In this document: positions 12,616 through 25,926 of the stretch, one piece after another
Layout of the letters: every line of letters starts with the position of its first letter
How positions within the stretch are numbered: position 1 is the stretch's first letter
Source of the DNA: Octopus vulgaris
Lineage: Eukaryota
Direction: 5' to 3'
DNA length: 64,000 nucleotides
NCBI GenBank assembly: GCA_951406725.2
Contig: OX597824.1
Span: 27,838,001 to 27,902,000 of the forward strand
Notes under the pieces: model-generated
What the model was told of the DNA's origin: nothing
The model's input: only the letters and a program-made list of their open reading frames with translations
Database searches by the model: none
Made by a program: the position numbers and the translations under genes

Positions 12616-13852
12616 TGTGTGTTGAAGTAAATCTTGTTTCTTGGGACGGTATTAATGCCAATAATAATAAACTAGCTCTGGTTCAATTTAACTTCTCGGT
12701 TTTTAGTCAAACGTTTAAATATTCTATCCAACTAACTACTAAATATTTTGTTTAATATGATAGTTAAAAATTGGTTGCTTGTTCGATAAACTCCTTTAAT
12801 CTCTGTTCGAGAGATCATCGACGACATGCCGCCTGTGTTCAAGGTATGCCTTGAATCTGTCTGAGAGTTACTCTTAAGGCTTGTGTGTGTGTGCCTGTAT
12901 ATATGTATGTAGATGAGTCGTTGTTTAAGAGTGAATGCAAGTACACTTTTTTTCCGAGTACATTCGATGATTCTTTCTGTCTCTTTATTCACAGAACAAA
13001 CGTGTTTAAGATGGTAGTACATCGTAGTCCGTGAAGGACGGCTCCGCAGTTTCTTGCTGATCGACCTGCATAACTGATTTGTTAATAGTGATCAAATATA
13101 TGTGATGAACGTTAGCTTACTCCATCCATCAAATCGACGCAGTCTGGACCGATGCATGGTTTGATACAGGTCAGGTATCGTTAGATACAGGTCAGGTATC
13201 GTCAGAGCAACGTTAGACGAAGGTTTCGTCAGAGCAACGTTAGACGAAGGTTTTTGTCACGAACACAAATCACTACCCTATCCAGGAACTGTAACATCCA
13301 TCTCGCGTTCGTGAGTGCAATATTATAGCCGCTTGCTTATGCGCCCTTCAATAACCGCATTATAATAGTGTGTGTTAAAAATGTCGACGTCACACCTCCA
13401 ACAGACCAAAGGCTTTGATTTACACTTTTTAGTTTATTTGCCAGATAGCTCCGCATTTAGAGCAGTAATTTTTGAATTTTGCAATCACTATGGGGACGAT
13501 AAGACACAGGTAGACCTCATATTTTCTTTACACGGATGAGCGTCAGTGTCTGTATGAGAAGAACTTGAGCAGAAAAGAGGTTACAGGTATAACGACAGGG
13601 TACTTCAGAAGACTTTATGATAATCGTATATATGTATGCATGAATGCATGTATCTATTCAGCTATCTATTCACACGCTCACGTACACACACGCACACAGA
13701 TACACATACACATACTTACACACAAACATATATATATATATATATAAATATATGTAAATTATATATCTATATCTATAGCGCTATACTTATACATCTGTTT
13801 CTTTGTACACCACCTGCCTTCGTCTTTTGTTTATTTTCGTAAACTTTCCCTT

Positions 13853-13871
<19 letters not shown>

Positions 13872-13928
<57 letters not shown>

Positions 13929-13930
13929 TA
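13872..13930. repeat. (TG)n microsatellite
   Basis: Directly visible. Confidence 0.95.
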
Positions 13931-14157
13931 TCTATGTATGTATGCATATACAAGGAAGGTATGTAATGGGCTATGAAAAATAACATAGTGTATTCAAAGG
14001 AAAATATTTAGACGCGTTCAAACGCAAACAAATGTACATACGCAAGTCACAATCGCAGGTATACAGGGATATATTAATGTATACTAACAGAGAGAAATGC
14101 AGAAGCAAACAAGCACCCCCCAACACACACACGCCCACAAATAAATACATAATATAG

Positions 14158-14210
<53 letters not shown>

Positions 14211-14942
14211 GGGAGAGATAGATAGATAGATACATACATACATACATACATAAATAGTCAGATAGATAAATAAACAGATAGATAGGTAGATATATATAAT
14301 CACCAATACCAACACACATACTCATTCACATACGATTTTTACAGAAATACATATGCATAAATACCTAGTACTCACACGCGTATGAATCTCTCTCAGTGCA
14401 AATTTATACACATACTTTATATATACTAGAGGTTACGGGTAATTGTAAAAAATGAATAAATGATAAAATCGATACTACTCTTTCATATGGTGTGGGAGGT
14501 GATGGCAAACATATTTTGCGAATACATGTGCACACGTACACGCACTGAGACACATATATATATGTATATATATATTATGTAAATATATATATATATATAT
14601 ATATAATCTAGTGCTTTTGTACGTGTATATGTATATATATGTGTGTGTATAAATATATATACATACGTATATATATATTTATTTGTGTGAATATGTGTGT
14701 GTGTGGGTGTATATACATATATTTACATATACGTTTACACACATATGTATATATATACATACGTATACACATACACATACACACACACATATATATTTAT
14801 ACATATATATACAGTTTTGCGCACATATGCGTACATTTTATAAATACATAATGCATTTAGAATGTTAGCTCCAAGTTTGCAAAGATCATGAATAAACGGT
14901 GTGTGTTTGTGTGTGTGTTCAATGCATGAAGGTAATCTATTC

Positions 14943-14983
<41 letters not shown>

Positions 14984-15067
14984 TATATTCATGGATATGT
15001 ATATATTTACACGTCTGTATGAATATATATATGTGTATATATAAATATAATTGTTATATATAATATA

Positions 15068-15125
<58 letters not shown>

Positions 15126-15686
15126 CACGTAGAAGCATACTGAGATCGAGAAAGGAAAGGAGAGTCGGATGGGAGAGCGCATAGGAGGATGTAGTTATTA
15201 TTTTAATCTTTCATTTAGATCCCTCGTTCATATTCTTCATTATTCCCCAATCTCTCTCAGAATTTTATGTTCCATTTTTTCAAAAATCGTGACACCGCTC
15301 CTTTCTTCTCTCCTTTCTCCGCTTTACATCTTTATTATTCTGCTTCTTTCACTGATGGCTTTCGTGTTTTTTTTTCTTTGTCTTATTCTTTCGCTTCTTT
15401 CATGTTATTTTCTAAAAGAAAAACCAGCAGCAGCAGACATTCCTTTCCTCTTCCACTTAATTCACTGAAGAACCGTTTGAATGGTTTAAACATCTTCCAG
15501 AGTGTGAGTTATCTGTAAAGACCAGAAGAATATATTAGATGTGAATTAAAGACATTTATATACATACGTTGAAACGCAACTAAGCATTTAACTGCTCACG
15601 CACATAAATATGTGTTTTATTTCATACGGTTGTATTTGTGTGTGTGTGTACGTATATATATATATATGTGTGTGTTATTATGTGTT

Positions 15687-15734
<48 letters not shown>

Positions 15735-15819
15735 AGTATTCACACAGACTTGCATGCACCACTGTCCAACTTATATCTATAATTATATATAACAGTATGT
15801 TCATATATATATATGCAAG

Positions 15820-15851
<32 letters not shown>

Positions 15852-15896
15852 TGTGTGTGTGTGTGTATGTGTGTGTGTAGTTATATATATATGTAT

Positions 15897-15960
<64 letters not shown>

Positions 15961-16011
15961 GGAAGTATATGCATGTTCACGTGTGTATTTGTGTGTGTAT
16001 GTGTGTATACT

Positions 16012-16042
<31 letters not shown>

Positions 16043-16961
16043 GTACACACACTACACATATATGGTTACACAAACACTCCCCCCCACACACACAGAGAAA
16101 CACTCATCCACATGCATATTCTTCCTGAATTGCTATGAATATTTTACAACAACAAAAATAAATATAAATACAAAAAAACATCAACCAAATTGAAAGTAAA
16201 TAACAACAAGCAATAAATAAAATAAAATAATATAAAACATCTAACATCACAAAGCGAAAAAAAAAAACAAACTAAAAAGCCTCAGAAAATACATATTGTA
16301 CAAATATAAATTAGGACTGAACTATTTAAATCCGGTTTCGTTCACAATTCCTCGTCACATTTCTTATCATTTCACGCATACAAAAACACTGTTTTAAAAG
16401 ACCACCACGAATATGTATTCTTCAGTTCTGCTAATTTTATCAGATCACGTGGCTTTAAAGTAATATGTTCATTGCCAAAATAAGGCCACCATTTTGACAT
16501 CTTTTGAAAAGCCTTCTAATTATTTTAATGCATACGTAAATAGTTGTAAATTCTCCATTTATTTCTTTGTCTCCTTTTCCATTATTTATTTAACTCACTT
16601 CCGTTTATCTATCTCATACTATATATCTTTCGTTTCATTCATAATTCTTTTTTATATCAATATATCTTTCGTTCTTACTACGTTCTTTATTTTTTTTTCT
16701 TCATGTTTTCTAATTTTCTGGTTTATTTATTTATTTTTCTTTCTTTCGTATTTCATTCAGATTCACACTTAGACTTCATTTGAAGTCATTGCCTTCCTTT
16801 CTAAATGTTTACTTTCCTTCTAAATTTCTCTTCCGAAAGGATGGAATGCTTAGTGACTCAATCGCCTTTTAAATATCAGTCTCTTTTTAATCCACTCTCT
16901 CTCAGTAACTACACACAGACATGCACACGCCAACCTGCACACACACACACACACACATACA

Positions 16962-16995
<34 letters not shown>

Positions 16996-16997
16996 TA

Positions 16998-17224
16998 CTT
17001 TATTTTAAGCAGCAGAAAATTCAACAAAATATGTTACTCTGAGTTTCTCGTTGCCGTTCATCAGACAGTTTTTGCTAGCAAAAACTGTCTGATGAACGGC
17101 AACGAGAAACTCAGAGTAACAGATTTTGTTGAATTTTCTGCTGCTTAAAATAAAGCATATTACTCTACCACTGGTATTTGAGTACTCTTTTTTCCACCTT
17201 GTTTCACATTTATGTGTTTACTCC

Positions 17225-17226
<2 letters not shown>
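16998..17226 (+). mobile_element. 158-bp palindrome plus tail, carrying CTGATGA...GAAAC core, between (TA)n tracts
   Basis: Palindrome 16998-17155 centred at 17076/17077 with one mismatch; tail contains a TACTC...GAGTA hairpin. Confidence 0.75.
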
Positions 17227-17270
<44 letters not shown>

Positions 17271-17271
<1 letters not shown>

Positions 17272-17486
17272 GAGGGGTATCGAAAATTTCCTGGCTTTGG
17301 TTAAAAGAAAATATAGGAGGGTCTGTTAATTAAAATTGTTATACAACGTATTCCCGTCACAGATTCATACATTTATTGCACCGGTCGTTCAATATTTTTA
17401 AAGCCCGTAAAAGAAGTCGGAAGGTCGGACCTTCAATCAGGCGTTTTGTAATATCCGTAAAAACTAGGAACTTTTCATACCTTTCG
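17271..17486. mobile_element. Mariner-type MITE
   Basis: TA-CGAGGGGTATCGAAAATTTCCTGG left end and ACTAGGAACTTTTCATACCTTTCG right end are imperfect inverted repeats of mariner TIR type. Confidence 0.7.
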
Positions 17487-17558
17487 TCTGTCTGCCTATG
17501 CATACACGCACGGGCATGCACACGCACCCGCTACACACACATACACATGTATACATAC

Positions 17559-17629
<71 letters not shown>

Positions 17630-17644
17630 CGTATACATATACAT

Positions 17645-17707
<63 letters not shown>

Positions 17708-18160
17708 TATAAGGATTTGTAGTTGACATTTCATATTTTATGAAAGATATGAAGATTATGCTGTGAATGAATAAAAAATTTATTCAAAAACGCTAATTGG
17801 TAGCAACGACATCATATTAATATGGCAGGTGTGTTTGAATTAAATATATTCTGTCACGTGTACGTAAGCAAAACTAGGTGAAAATTTGAAGATAAGGACA
17901 ATATTACAATGTGGATTATTACGCATTCGCACACAAACACACACAAACACACACACATATTGTGTATATACGTGCATAAATATACATGCATCCACATGTA
18001 TAAACGCCAGAAAGAGAGTGAGAGCCAAAGAGGTATAGATATAAAATGCAGCTGGCAGAATCGTTTGCACGCCAAACAAAATGGTACCGAGTGCCGTTTC
18101 GCCAGCCGTCTTTACGATCTGAGTTCAAGTTCCACTGAAATTGGCTCACTGACGTATATA

Positions 18161-18443
18161 CGAGATGAATTTCAGAAGTTTTGAGTTTCTTTTAGGCGAC
18201 GCATTTATAATTGTTGTACATTATTATAATTGTAATTGTTTTGAGGGTTATGGATTTTGTGACAAAGTTCCTTGGCTCCTTAATTTTCGAGATATTCCAG
18301 GGGGCCCACATCATGTGGCTGGAGCGCTGCAACGAGTGCATTGAAGTTAGGGTATCCTACTGTGAAGGGGATTAGAGATTTGCACTTCTGTGAAATTAAT
18401 AAATGTTCTGAAAATGTTTAAAATCTTCCGGAATGCACCTTTT
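18161..18443 (+). mobile_element. Internally deleted mariner remnant
   Basis: C-terminal peptide WLERCNECIEVRVSYCEGD* resembles the mariner W..RW.KCI...G.YFEGD* terminus; degenerate TIR-like ends. Confidence 0.55.
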
Positions 18444-18759
18444 ATGATATTTCTTACATATGGGATGATACAACAGGGGACGTATGTTTATAACGGTTGC
18501 AAGATTTTACCAAAACTCTTTTGTGACAAATATGATAACTTGATGCAAATACTATAACATAAGATATTGAATATGAAACATTGTTTGCATACAGATATGT
18601 ATAAGATTTATAATGTGTAAATACAGATGTCGGGAGGCGTTTGTGCCTTTGCAGGAATGACTGGTGACGCAGTAACTCCATTTGCCAACAAAAACTCCTT
18701 TGAGATATTGTTATATTTTACTACAAATGCCTGGATTCCTTTATGCATGGACCTGACTA

Positions 18760-18940
18760 AGTCCTTGAACCACCGAGAACATCAGCGTTACTTAACAACC
18801 ACTCATAATCCATCTCGGGATACCTTGTCCAGTAGAAATCCTTTGTGAAATCTATGAACACTGCATACATAGGCATGTTCTGCTGAAAGCATTTTTCCTG
18901 AATTTGGCTAAGACAAAACGCCGATTCTTCACCACAAAAA
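18760..18940 (-). mobile_element. RTE-clade LINE reverse transcriptase fragment
   Basis: Peptide QIQEKCFQQNMPMYAVFIDFTKDF matches the RTE motif QLQEKCREQN.PLY.AFIDLTKAFD. Confidence 0.75.
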
Positions 18941-19050
18941 AAGAAGAATCTAAACATTATTACACACACACACACACAGATGCACATACACATATATATA
19001 CACATAAGTAAACATATATATATATATATATGATAAATATATATATGTAA

Positions 19051-19115
<65 letters not shown>

Positions 19116-19560
19116 CACACATACACACACATATATATATGTATATATATATATATCTATATATATATACATATATATGTATGTATATATATATATTTAT
19201 AAAATATATTTATGTATATATATTTATATGTATATATGTACATATATGAATTTATACACACACACACACATATATATACTTGTTACTCATTTGCTTTGTA
19301 TACACCTAACTTTGATCTGTACGGATTATACCGGACTCACTTGGTGTCTCAACTTATGTTCCTAATTCTGAATCTTAATTATTTCATATATACATGTGTG
19401 TGTGTGCGTTTGTGTGCTTGTGTGTGGTAAAAATCTTTACTCTACACTTTACTCTACACTTTATATGTAGATATAAAATATACCATCTCCTTAATATCTT
19501 AAAAACAATTATTAAATCAGGACAATGGCTGCGATTAATACTTGTTATATTTACGTTGAA

Positions 19561-19792
19561 AGGCGGCGAGCTGGCAGAAACGTTAGCACGCCGGGCGAAA
19601 TTCGTAGCCGTATTTCGTCTGTCGTTGCGTTCCGAGTTCAAATTACGCCGAGGTCGACTTTGCCTTTCATCCTTTCGGGGTCGATAAATTAAGTTCCAGT
19701 TACGCAATGGGGTCGATGTAATCGACTTAATCCCTTTGTCTGTCCATGTTTGACCCCTCTGTGTTTAGCCCCTTGTGGGTAGTAAAGAAATA
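19561..19792 (+). mobile_element. SINE family B, full-length well-preserved copy
   Basis: A-box-like TGGCAGAAACG, B-box GAGTTCAAATT, central core and tail GCCCCTTGTGGGTAGTAAAGAAATA. Confidence 0.92.
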
Positions 19793-20419
19793 TATATTTA
19801 CGTTGTCTCGAAAGAATTTTTTCTTGTGCTACGTATTTTCTTACACGTTCGAATATACACGAAAATGAATGCGCATCTCATTCATTCAATTTTGTATTTG
19901 TGATTTCCTTTCGCTTGTGGAACGATAACACAACTGTCCAAAGATTAGTTCTTAATAGACTGAAGAGAAGCAAAATATTACTTTGCAGGCTTTTGGATAA
20001 CAATGCCTGTAAACAAGTGTGAAATCCTTTTTCGCCGAGATTTATCAACACGAAAATATTTTCGACCTTACCAACTGCTCACTGAAAGAAGAGCGGACCA
20101 AAAGGCTGCATATTCTACGTACTGAGGCAATCCAACTTAACGATATTATTCGAGTACTCTAGTAACAAAATCGATAAACGCCAAGCGTATTGATATCTTA
20201 TAAAGACCCACTTGGTTTGGACGGCAAGGACATTCTTCTATCAATTGATACGCTTTATCGCTAAATTAACTTGGGATTGATTATCCTACAAACACATCCA
20301 CTCATCGTGTAGTCATTTCGTGGCAGATTGAGAATCCATTATAAAATTAGTGGCACACTCCATAACGAAAGTTCAGTAAGGTGAAACGTTTTAAATTGAC
20401 ACGAAAAATATATTAGAAA

Positions 20420-20690
20420 ACTAGGGTCTTTTCACTTTGACCGGCAGATTTTAAAAATAATTTCTTTGTAACTAAACACTTTTAAACTTCGTATACTGGT
20501 AGTGTGTTACATAAAACATCTTTTTCTCTTGGCTTTCTTGAGAAAATTCTGTAGTTTGTAAGCTGTTTGTTGCTTAACTTCTTGCATTTCGGCAATTTCA
20601 ATCAATCATTGACGTCTATTGAGGTGAATACAATATCTGCCGTATTTTGTCAACAACATTTTCTAGACGTCATTGATTGGTTGAAATTAA
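20420..20690 (+). repeat. Unclassified interspersed repeat with internal 25-bp inverted repeat
   Basis: Diverged reverse-complement copy at about 62340-62575; inverted repeat 20594-20618/20664-20688. Confidence 0.6.
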
Positions 20691-20708
20691 AAATGTACAA
20701 ATTATAAA

Positions 20709-20765
<57 letters not shown>

Positions 20766-20849
20766 GTACAATACTGTTTCTACTTCCCGGGCTTTCACCT
20801 ATTGCGGCGGGTTTTAGAACGTAACACCCACGATAGTCAAGGGATTACT

Positions 20850-21212
20850 GTAATGTGAAATGAAGTGTATTGCTAAAAACAAACAATGCTTCATGCTCGC
20901 TTCTGGAGTCGAAACCACAATATTACGATCGTGGTTTAACACCCCTAATGATTAGGTCACGTCACATGGTTAGATATTTACAGTTTGGAGTATTGTGAAA
21001 TGAAGTGTTTTGCTCAAGAACACAATGCAACGCGCCCAATCCTGGAGTCGAAACCGCGATATTTTGATCGTGAACACCACACCCCAACCCATTAGGCTAC
21101 ATCATTAGATCGAGACCAGAATATTGTTAAACAGAGAGTTTTGCTCATGAACACAACTCACTGAGCCAGTCCTGGAGTCGAAACTCCGATCACCAGTGCA
21201 AAATTCCTAACC
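20850..21212 (-). mobile_element. Three tandem SINE family C heads
   Basis: Three repeats of TTGCTCAAGAACACAA...CTGGAGTCGAAAC...CCCTAAC at about 140-bp spacing. Confidence 0.7.
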
Positions 21213-22106
21213 CACTCCTCTTCCCCAATATAAGAACAGATATATACATAAATGCGTATTTCTGTCATTCTCATTATCTATATCACCCACTCAATCCATA
21301 TATCATGTATGTACATCTGCGTGTTTGTGTGTGTCTATATATTCCTACGTTTGTGAATATTTTTGCGTGTGATAATATATTTTTCTTTTACTTATGTATA
21401 TAAAAGCGAACGGATAGAGTTGAGTAAGTTTTTCAATTTGTCTTAGACACGTACTTCTTTCGCTAAATCCTGCCCAAATCGCAGTTAAATCTCCACTAAC
21501 CTCTCTTTCAGATTTTTGTAACAACTAATAATGACTACCGCAAGGCGTTTTCAAATCCTTATACGGCTATTCGTTGATGACGAACTAATTAGCTTATTTG
21601 TATCTGTTAATTAGTCTTCATTCACATCCGTACATATATCAACAGCGAATAATACAGAGAGCGGTGAGGGCCTGAATGTGTTAGTGTTGGTAACAGATAA
21701 GCATTGATTGTTCACGTTTTTTTATTATTTATTTATACCCGCTGGTAGATTACATGCATAAGATTAGGAATGATAAATTAAAAGCGACAAACAGACCTAG
21801 GCACACACGTTTCAGAAATAATCATATGCATATACATACATATATGTATGTGTTTGCTGTGCGTATGTGTGCGATGTGTCTGTGTATATATATAGATGTA
21901 TGGCATACATGTATGTGTGTATGCATGACTGTTGTGTATGCATAATATACATGTTAATGAATGCGATTTTCTCTTGGCTGGCGGGGATTCAAATTTAAAC
22001 AATAGATGTTCAAATTTCAATTAATCAAAGAATCGTTTCTGAAAAAGGCAACATGGCAACAAAAGAATATGAAATGCGAGATATCTTTGGCAAAGTGCAT
22101 CCCAAC

Positions 22107-22163
<57 letters not shown>

Positions 22164-22175
22164 CTCTCTCTCTCA

Positions 22176-22207
<32 letters not shown>

Positions 22208-22446
22208 GAGGCACAGAAATATACTTGCGTGCACATGACGCCCACATGTATGTTTATATTATATCTATCACTAAATAGACACATATATAAATATATATTT
22301 AGATACATATGCATGCACATATATCTCTTTATATATATATAAATAAATAAATATATATATATATGTATATAATGTATATATATAATCATATATATATATT
22401 TATGTATATATATGTGTGTGTACATATATATATGCACAATATAATG

Positions 22447-22486
<40 letters not shown>

Positions 22487-22544
22487 CATTATATTGTGCA
22501 TATATATATGTACACACACATATATATACATAAATATATATATA

Positions 22545-22640
<96 letters not shown>

Positions 22641-22647
22641 TTATACA

Positions 22648-22702
<55 letters not shown>

Positions 22703-23310
22703 CAGAATATTTAGATTAGTATATGTATCAATTTTTTGTGTATCCGTGTTAGAAAGCCGTATTATATTATTATTTTAAAAAAAAAAGAAGAATATATTTA
22801 TAGAATGTTAGTCGCATTTATTCACACTTACTCATACGTACAGACTAGAATATTCGCGTACATACATCTACTCATATCTCATCATTCGTAAATTACGGAC
22901 CCCGACTCACATACACGAGCACACTCAATTTCATTCATGCACACATAAGCCCACCTCGTATACTAATTATAAGGAGAGTAAATCTAATTTTTACGCCAAC
23001 TGGCAAACTTGCTCTTATACCGATAGTTGCAATTGTAAGACGTAAAACAATGCAAAGGCAAAAAAAGTAGTGGTTGCAGGCGGAAGTGTTAGTCGACGCC
23101 ATTATTGGATCGGTTGTATATTTTATGAACGCCGGAGTGATGGAAAATAAAATTTCGTCTCGTCAGGATACCTCGCAACTCAGAAGGTTAAGAATTGAGT
23201 ACAGACTATAGATTATTTTGTTCGACGCTCTAAAGATTTTGTCGATTCGCTGTCCTTGATTACTTACCTTCGAACTCATATGGGTTAAAAATTTGATAGG
23301 AAGAATTAAT

Positions 23311-23575
23311 ATGTTTCTTTATAAGCCACACAGGGCTGCACACAGACGCGACAGATTAGAAAGTAGAGCTTTTCTTTTTGGGGAGAAAGAAAAAAATGTG
23401 GGGTATGTTTTCGATCAAAAGAGATCGTAAAAGGGGGAAAAAAGCGGTCAATAGGGATCGTATATCACAGAAATGCCATGTTGTAGAGTGTAAAGGGGGA
23501 AGCAGATGAGGTTTATCCGTGGAAAGAAAAGCCTACGGAAAAGACCACGGTAACCTCGGTAAATACTGTCACATC
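23311..23575 (-). mobile_element. Probable LINE 3' UTR fragment
   Basis: Minus strand is pyrimidine-rich and ends TCTGTGTGCAGCCCTGTGTGGCTTATAAAGAAAC, similar to the LINE end at 28580-28603 and the SINE B tail. Confidence 0.5.
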
Positions 23576-23734
23576 TTAACAAATTTGTTTGCAAGTAAGT
23601 AACCCTCTGTTTTTAATTTTTCCCGGATAGATTGAAGTAATCATAGTACTTTCCATGTAAATTAAATTTATAGATCTTGGCGTCACATCATCCAAAATAT
23701 TAATAATAGTTTCATATTTGAACGCAGGGATATC

Positions 23735-24090
23735 AGTCTTTGAGTGGCTGGAGTAGTCGATGAAATCGAACTCGGTACCTATTCTATTGACCTCAGAAGG
23801 ATGAAAGTCAATGTCGACTTCGGCGGAATTTGGACTCAGAACGTCAAGATGGGCGAAATGCCGCAAAAGATTGTCTAGCATGCTAACAATTTTGTCAGAT
23901 CCCTGTGAAATTTTGACACAAGGCCAGCGGTTTGTGGGGAGGTGCTAAGTCGTTTACATCGACCCCAGCATTCCACTGCTTCATATCTTATCGACCCTGA
24001 AAAGATAAAAAGGCAAAGTCAACCTCGGCAGAATTTGAATGTAAAGGCGGACGAAATACCTGTAAACATTGTTCGACGTGCTAACCACCC
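23735..24090 (-). mobile_element. Two diverged SINE family B copies
   Basis: Two reverse-complement cores (GTCGACTTCGGCGGAATTTGGACTCAG; GGCAAAGTCAACCTCGGCAGAATTTGAA). Confidence 0.78.
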
Positions 24091-24240
24091 AGTCAGGTCA
24101 CAATCTTAACCAAAATATTAATAATGATTTCTAACATAATTCCTAGCATTGATATAAGGCCATAAGGCAGTGCAACTTATGACAGTTAATAAAATCCTCC
24201 TCACCGCTCCGTTTCCAACTAATGAAAGGAGTGACATATA

Positions 24241-24635
24241 TGGCTGTGTGGTAAGTAGCTTGCTAACCAACTACATGGTTCCGGGTTCAGTCCCACTGCG
24301 TGGCATCTTGGGCAAATGTCTTCTGCTATGGCCCCGGGCCGACCAATGCCTTGTGAGTGGATTTGGTAGACGGAAACTGAAAGAAGCCTGTCGTATATAT
24401 GTATACATATATATATATATGTATGTGTGTGTGTTTGTGTGTCTGTGTTTGTCCCCCTAGCATTGCTTGACAACCGATGCTGGTGTGTTTATGTCCCCGT
24501 CACTTAGCGGTTCGGCAAAAAGAGACCGATAGAATAAGTACTGGGCTTACAAAGAATAAGTCCCGGGGTCGATTTGCTCGACTAAAGGCAGTGCTCCAGC
24601 ATGGCCGCAGTCAAATGACTGAAACAAGTGAAAGA
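24241..24635 (+). mobile_element. tRNA-derived SINE, family A
   Basis: A-box TGGCTGTGTGG, B-box GGTTCAGTCC, internal TA/TG microsatellite and GACTGAAACAAG tail; followed by a diverged partial 3' duplicate to about 24792. Confidence 0.92.
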
Positions 24636-25926
24636 TAGAATGTGTTTGTTCCGCATCTTAGCGGTTCGGCAAAATAAAACGATAGAATAAGCACCAAACA
24701 TAGAAAAATATATAGGCACCGAGTTTGATTTGTTCGACAGAAACTTCTATTGCAATGCTCCTATATGCCGCAATCCTATCACTGAAACCAGTAACGGTTG
24801 TAAGTGCTATATCCTGCGTATTCTGACAATGCTTAAGTGAATGCGCTATGTCTTAATAGCTATGAATTATTGAAGCGGTATAAATATCTCCTTGGCGAGG
24901 AATAACTGAAAACGTCTTCTTGTATAAAACGAGTGATGTTGTATGGAAAGAAAACAGAACGCCTGGCTTTTACTTTCATGTTTCCCTCCAGGGTATTCAT
25001 AGCTTACGTGAATCAATGTCTGCTCATGTGGGAATCGAAACCGATTCGATCATATGATTCACGGAGATTTTAACACTTACATTAAGACACTGATCGCAAG
25101 AATAAACATCGTATTTCAAATAATATATTTCCTTAAAATATATTTATCAAGATTCAGAATAAATCGGTTTGCGAATGCTTTAAATCCTCCCGAGTCGGGA
25201 TTAAGTTTTATTTTCCGTCCCAACGTTATTTCGTTTGAATATTTCACAAAGATTATGGAAACGCCGTTTCTAAGCAAAGATTTTCTTTATCTTCTCTTAA
25301 TCTATTTCTAACGTAGCCAAGACATGACAATGGCTTGCTTTGGGCTCTCGACACATTTACGCTCTGTTTCAACTAAATCTAGCTATGAATAATATTTCCC
25401 ATTTTTTTTCTTTGATATCGACGTAATGGTTGCAGATAGTTGCAGTAATTACTCTCTAGGTATTATTGATAAATATAATGCTAATATGCCGAAAGGATTC
25501 GATTGGAATATTGATACTTAGTTTTCCTTGATTTTCCTTCCAAGAATAATTTCTTAATCCTTTTTTATTGATGTAATTGTTTGGGTTTTGTCTTCTGCCT
25601 GCTTATGTGCGTCTTCTCTACTTGCAACTCTGATAATCGTTGTCACTTAACATAGGTTTTACATACATCCGACGCTTTCATACACAAATAGGTGTAATTG
25701 TATATCATACATACACAGATGTGTAGCAATAAACGCTACAATCTAGAATTGCCTATCTCTTGAGACGTATGTTCAATATGTGGAAAATATGAAAGAATCT
25801 CTCTCTCTCTCTCTCTCTATGTAGTGTTGCTCTTATTTTTACTATTATAATTACTGTTCTGGTTCTTGTATTTATGTGTGTATGTTTGTTGTTTGGGTTG
25901 TTCTTGTTGTTATTGATGTTGCTGTT

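Noticed and set aside
13160-13255. Short tandem duplications (also 11735-11775, 19438-19462, 46479-46508)
   Set aside because: Ordinary slippage-type duplications with no sign of function.
19384-19707. Recurrent ORFs containing RPRKDERQSRPRRNLNS or EFKFRRGRLCLSSFRGR
   Set aside because: Translations of the SINE B core on either strand.
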